Source of the DNA: Pseudomonadota bacterium
Lineage (GTDB): Bacteria > Pseudomonadota > Alphaproteobacteria > Sphingomonadales > JBCDDR01
Length of the DNA stretch: 38,463 nt
Direction: 5' to 3'
Assembly: GCA_039180205.1 (NCBI GenBank)
Contig: JBCDDR010000001.1
Coordinates: 1-38,463 of the forward strand
Shown here piece after piece: positions 35,004-38,463 of the stretch; within the stretch, counting starts at the first letter, position 1; each line of letters begins with the position of its first letter. Below the pieces are notes generated by a model. That model did not search any database. It had not been told where the DNA came from and saw only the letters and a program-made list of their open reading frames with translations. The position numbers and the translations under genes are program-made.

Positions 35004-35696
35004 TCAGCTTTCTTTGAATTCACCCACAATTTGCGCATATGCGGGGCGCGGGCGTTCCTTCAACTGCGCGGGCGGGTGGCCAAAAAAGAGATACCCCGCG
35101 ACCGCCGCGTCATCGCTTTCGAGAAATAGCTCGCCGCCGGGCACAGCACGCAACCAATGATCACGTACCCCGCGAGAATAGGCGGGCCAGCCCGTTAGCC
35201 ATTGACCCGCAAGGCCGAGCGAAGACGCCGCAACCAGCATATTTTGGCAGGCGGCCCCCGCGGACAATAGCTGTTCCCAGAGCGGAATCTTATGCGGCAC
35301 CGTAGGCGTTGCGAGCACAACGACCATAACGGGCGCTTGATCGGCAAAGGTTGCTAACCCCTTCACGGTTGCAGCGGCCGGATTGGGCGTTTCGGCCTCA
35401 TAGGTATCTGCGATCAACCGGCCAGCCGCATGTCGCGCCCCACCCTTCACGACCAAAAACCGCCAGGGTGTGAGCTTGCCATGATCGGGCGTACGCATCC
35501 CTGCCGTCAGGATTTGTTCCAGTTCGACGTCATTGGGGCCGGGGCCAACCATGTCGCGCGCCTTCACTGATCGACGGGTCAGCAGCAGGTCGATTGAGGA
35601 GCTATTTCGGTTAAAGACGTCGCAGGGTAGGAGTTCATTCACTTGAGGCGCAAAGTTTTGTGCGTGAGCGGTCGTCGACATAAGGCAGGCTTTCAT
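35004..35696 (-). CDS. Nitroreductase-family protein
   Basis: LLTRRSVKARDM, PDHGKLTPWRF and LGLAGQW are patterns typical of the NADH-oxidase/nitroreductase fold. The start may instead be the ATG at 35681. Confidence 0.8.
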   Translation of the reverse strand: MKACLMSTTAHAQNFAPQVNELLPCDVFNRNSSSIDLLLTRRSVKARDMVGPGPNDVELEQILTAGMRTPDHGKLTPWRFLVVKGGARHAAGRLIADTYEAETPNPAAATVKGLATFADQAPVMVVVLATPTVPHKIPLWEQLLSAGAACQNMLVAASSLGLAGQWLTGWPAYSRGVRDHWLRAVPGGELFLESDDAAVAGYLFFGHPPAQLKERPRPAYAQIVGEFKES

Positions 35697-35860
35697 TCTG
35701 GCGTTCCGATTTCACCACCGCTATGTATGACCAGAGCGCCTGTCATCAAGCTTCGATGCACCGCATTTTGCAAACACAGATTTTCCGCAATGATAGCCTA
35801 GCAGGATAAAGAGGCTAAGCATCCACATCAGACGGTTAAACATCGGTAGGGAAGAAACGT

Positions 35861-37165
35861 ATGCAATCTATGTTTGAGAGCATCCGAACCATAATGGGCA
35901 GGGTCGCAATCGGGTTTATCGTCACCCTGTGCGCGGCATGTGGGTTTACCCAGTCAGCTGCCGCAGAGATCAGTCTTCGCCCAGGGTTTCAAGCCCAAGT
36001 GTTTGCGGAAGGCGTCGGGTCCGCAAGGCACATCGTGGTCAACGAAAACGGCGATGTTTATGTCGCTTTGAGGCGTCAGACCAACGGCAGCGGGATCGTC
36101 GCCTTGCGTGACACAACGGGCGATGGCGAAGCCGACGTCATCAAATATTTCGGCGACCTTCGCGGCACGGGCATCGATATTTTTGATGGCTATCTTTATT
36201 TTGGCGCCGATGACCGCGTCGTTCGTTTCAAGCTCACCCCCGGAGAACTCGTCCCGAAAAGCAAAGCTGAAGTCATCGTCGGTGGCTTTCCGCGCCAGCG
36301 CCAACATGCCGCAAAATCAATCGCCTTCGACGGCAAAGGCGGGCTCTATGTTAACGTCGGTGCGCCTTCGAATGCTTGCCAGGAAAAGGCCCGAACACGC
36401 CGCTCTCCGGGCCTCGCCCCCTGCCCCCAACTCGAACGACAAGCGGCCATTTGGAAATTCAATGCGCGTATCCCGGGGCAGTCTCAAGCCGATGGAACGC
36501 GATATGCACATGGCATTCGAAATGCGGTTGCGCTCGACTGGAACCCCGTCGACGACGCCCTCTATTTTGCCCAACACGGGCGTGATCAACTCGGATATCT
36601 CTTCGGAACGCTTTACAACGACGAGCAGAACGCGGCCCTTCCCGGTGAAGAAATTCACAAGGCGCGCCCGGGGAAAAGCCACGGCTGGCCCTATAGCTAT
36701 TATGATCCGATCCAAAGCGCGCGGATGCTGGCCCCCGAGTATGGCGGCGATGGCAAGCTGGTCCTGACGTCGGGAACCACTGTTAACGATGGCGTCGAAA
36801 ACGATCACGCGAGCCCGGTGACCGCTCTTCCTGGCCATTGGGCCCCCAATGATATGCTCTTTTATCAGGGGCGGCAGTTTCCAGCTGAATACAGTCGTGG
36901 CGCTTTTGTTGCCTTTCATGGGTCATGGAACCGCGCGCCGCTTCCCCAGCGCGGCTATAATGTGACCTTCGTTCCTATGGTTGATGGTCGGTCGCTCGCC
37001 GAACCATTTGTCTTTGCCGATGGGTTCAAGGGCGCTGATCCGTTGGCGAGCCCGCGAGACGCGAAATATCGGCCCATGGGCCTTGCGCAGACCCCTGACG
37101 GCGCGCTGATGATTGCCGACTCGGTACAGGGTCGAATTTGGCGGATCACCTATGCTGCCGAATAA
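35861..37165 (+). CDS. PQQ-dependent sugar (glucose/sorbosone) dehydrogenase-family beta-propeller protein
   Basis: Signal peptide. Motifs HGIRNAVALDWNP, GRDQLG and SHGWPY are characteristic of soluble GSDH/sorbosone dehydrogenase-type proteins. Confidence 0.8.
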   Translation: MQSMFESIRTIMGRVAIGFIVTLCAACGFTQSAAAEISLRPGFQAQVFAEGVGSARHIVVNENGDVYVALRRQTNGSGIVALRDTTGDGEADVIKYFGDLRGTGIDIFDGYLYFGADDRVVRFKLTPGELVPKSKAEVIVGGFPRQRQHAAKSIAFDGKGGLYVNVGAPSNACQEKARTRRSPGLAPCPQLERQAAIWKFNARIPGQSQADGTRYAHGIRNAVALDWNPVDDALYFAQHGRDQLGYLFGTLYNDEQNAALPGEEIHKARPGKSHGWPYSYYDPIQSARMLAPEYGGDGKLVLTSGTTVNDGVENDHASPVTALPGHWAPNDMLFYQGRQFPAEYSRGAFVAFHGSWNRAPLPQRGYNVTFVPMVDGRSLAEPFVFADGFKGADPLASPRDAKYRPMGLAQTPDGALMIADSVQGRIWRITYAAE

Positions 37166-37571
37166 ATGCCGAAAGCGTCGTCTCAAGGCAACGCGCCTGT
37201 GCCTTCTGGCCGCGTTCGCTTTCCACCGTATGACTGGTGCCGCATGGGCTGAAAACCTTACTCCCGGGCAAGCGCCTTACGCGGAACATTGCTTGAGCTG
37301 TCACCAGGCCGACGGCGGCGGGGTGCCTTTCGTGAATCCCGCCCTCGCCGGAGGGGTGATCACCACGGGGCCTTCGGACCTGTTGATCGGTTTCGTGTTG
37401 GCCGGGAGCGGCGATTCTACCGACGGCGAATGGGAAAACCCGATGCCGGGGTTCGCCCATCTCGATGACAAGGCCCTCGCGGCAATACTGACCTATGTTC
37501 GTACAAGCTTTGGGAATAAAGCCGCGCCGATAGACGCTTCGGAAGTTGCTGCCGCACGCGCCCAGAAATAG
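37152..37571 (+). CDS. Monohaem c-type cytochrome
   Basis: Signal peptide (RLCLLAAFAFHRMTGAAWA), haem motif CLSCHQ and a distal Met region (ENPMPGF). The start was set to ATG 37152, which overlaps the dehydrogenase 3' end by 14 nt. Confidence 0.85.
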   Translation: MLPNKCRKRRLKATRLCLLAAFAFHRMTGAAWAENLTPGQAPYAEHCLSCHQADGGGVPFVNPALAGGVITTGPSDLLIGFVLAGSGDSTDGEWENPMPGFAHLDDKALAAILTYVRTSFGNKAAPIDASEVAAARAQK

Positions 37572-37589
37572 CGCCAACGAGTTTTGAGT

Positions 37590-38463
37590 ATGTCTATTCG
37601 GAATGCGGTCCTCCTCGGGTTTGCGGTAATGTGTCAGGCTGCGCATACAAAGGCGCAGGTTCCTGTGCCTGAAATGGAGGCCCTGACGATCTGGGGGAAT
37701 GCCCGGCGCGGCGATGCGGCTCCCGGGTTTTCACGTCAGGCCCTTACTGGCGATGATCTGCTCGCCAACCCTGCACTCACGCTTGACGATATTTTGCGCC
37801 GCGCCGGCGGGTTTTCGCTTTTTCGCAGGACCTCCAGCCGCGTCGCCAACCCTACGATCCAAGGGCCATCGCTCAGAAATTTCGCACCCAACGGCGCGGG
37901 GCGGGCGCTGGTTTTGCGCGATGGCGTTCCCCAGAATGACCCGTTCGGCGGCTGGGTCTATTGGGGTGCCCTCCCCGGCGCGCAGTTTGGTCGGGTTGGC
38001 CTCCTTCCTGGGCAAGGAGCCGCCGATTATGGCAATGGCGCGCTCACCGGTGCCATCCTGCTCGATACCCGCGGGACCGCAGAGCGCGGCGCATTCAGGC
38101 TTGCGGGCGGCACACTTGATAGCGCCGATGGCTTTGGAATGCTCTCGATTGACCTCGGGCCACATTCCGCGCCCCGGCGGACGTCACTTTCCGTTACAGG
38201 ATTTGGCATCACCAGTGACGGCCATCTTTTGGTATCGCCCGAAATCGCAGGGCCTGCCGACGTGACAGCATCACTCGACAGCTTTGGCGCAAACGCAACA
38301 CTCGCCCACAAATTGCCCACTGGAATCGAGGCATCTTTCCATATTGCCGGATATCATGAAGAGCGAACGAATGGGTTCGACCTCGCTCCCAATTCAACAA
38401 GACTGATCGACGCGAGCCTCACGCTCACCTCAGATCGAGACGTAAGCCTGCCCTGGCGTCTCG
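37590..38463 (+). CDS. TonB-dependent receptor, 5'-partial (runs off the window)
   Basis: Absent from the ORF track because no stop codon is reached. My translation of this frame is open to the last base. It gives a signal peptide (MSIRNAVLLGFAVMCQAAHTKAQ), a TonB-box-like EALTIWG, and plug-domain motifs LDDILRRAGGFSLFR, IQGPSLRNF, GRALVLRDGVPQNDPFGG and GAADYGNGALTGAILL. Confidence 0.85.
   Translation, partial: MSIRNAVLLGFAVMCQAAHTKAQVPVPEMEALTIWGNARRGDAAPGFSRQALTGDDLLANPALTLDDILRRAGGFSLFRRTSSRVANPTIQGPSLRNFAPNGAGRALVLRDGVPQNDPFGGWVYWGALPGAQFGRVGLLPGQGAADYGNGALTGAILLDTRGTAERGAFRLAGGTLDSADGFGMLSIDLGPHSAPRRTSLSVTGFGITSDGHLLVSPEIAGPADVTASLDSFGANATLAHKLPTGIEASFHIAGYHEERTNGFDLAPNSTRLIDASLTLTSDRDVSLPWRL

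Noticed and set aside
1-38463. A search of the whole window for a CRISPR array, mobile element, prophage or known defence island.
   Set aside because: There is no array of regularly spaced repeats, no transposase, integrase or recombinase-like ORF, no terminal inverted repeats flanking a gene set, and no tRNA integration site. The only repeats seen are the short ones listed as findings.

Overview
38.5-kb, gene-dense chromosomal segment with about 34 CDS and only six gaps over 150 nt. All protein family calls come from motifs read by eye in the supplied translations; no database search was run. The gene content looks like a core alphaproteobacterial region, though that taxonomic call is inference only. 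It includes a large acyl-CoA dehydrogenase, an MBL-fold hydrolase and fadD, then the conserved xseB-ispA-dxs-tlyA-RNA methyltransferase block, rlmN, galE, pgi and cysQ. I found no rRNA, tRNA, CRISPR array, transposase, integrase or phage gene. I also found no domain typical of known defence systems (nuclease/helicase, TIR, SIR2, reverse transcriptase, toxin-antitoxin pairs). Most of the window is therefore ordinary. Five parts are less ordinary. (1) An RND efflux pair (29422-33960) has no outer-membrane factor or local regulator, and its stop codon overlaps the start of a YheT/ABHD-type alpha/beta hydrolase. (2) A YtrA-type GntR / ABC ATPase / ABC-2 permease operon (21549-23830) is preceded by an unexplained 399-nt region holding a strong promoter, a palindromic operator candidate, a 60-codon ORF with a good SD and long-range repeats. 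(3) A tightly coupled minus-strand set encodes a DUF606 transporter, a GNAT, an SDR and a VanZ-like membrane protein with an unassigned extracytoplasmic domain (11800-14756). (4) A bacterial cytosolic-carboxypeptidase (M14D-like) gene is coupled to a GNAT next to rlmN. (5) A PQQ-type sugar dehydrogenase, a cytochrome c and a TonB-dependent receptor form a same-strand triad that runs off the right edge. None of these can be called a new system from sequence alone, so the interest scores are modest. Several start codons were moved from the ORF-track maxima to positions that remove long same-strand overlaps.
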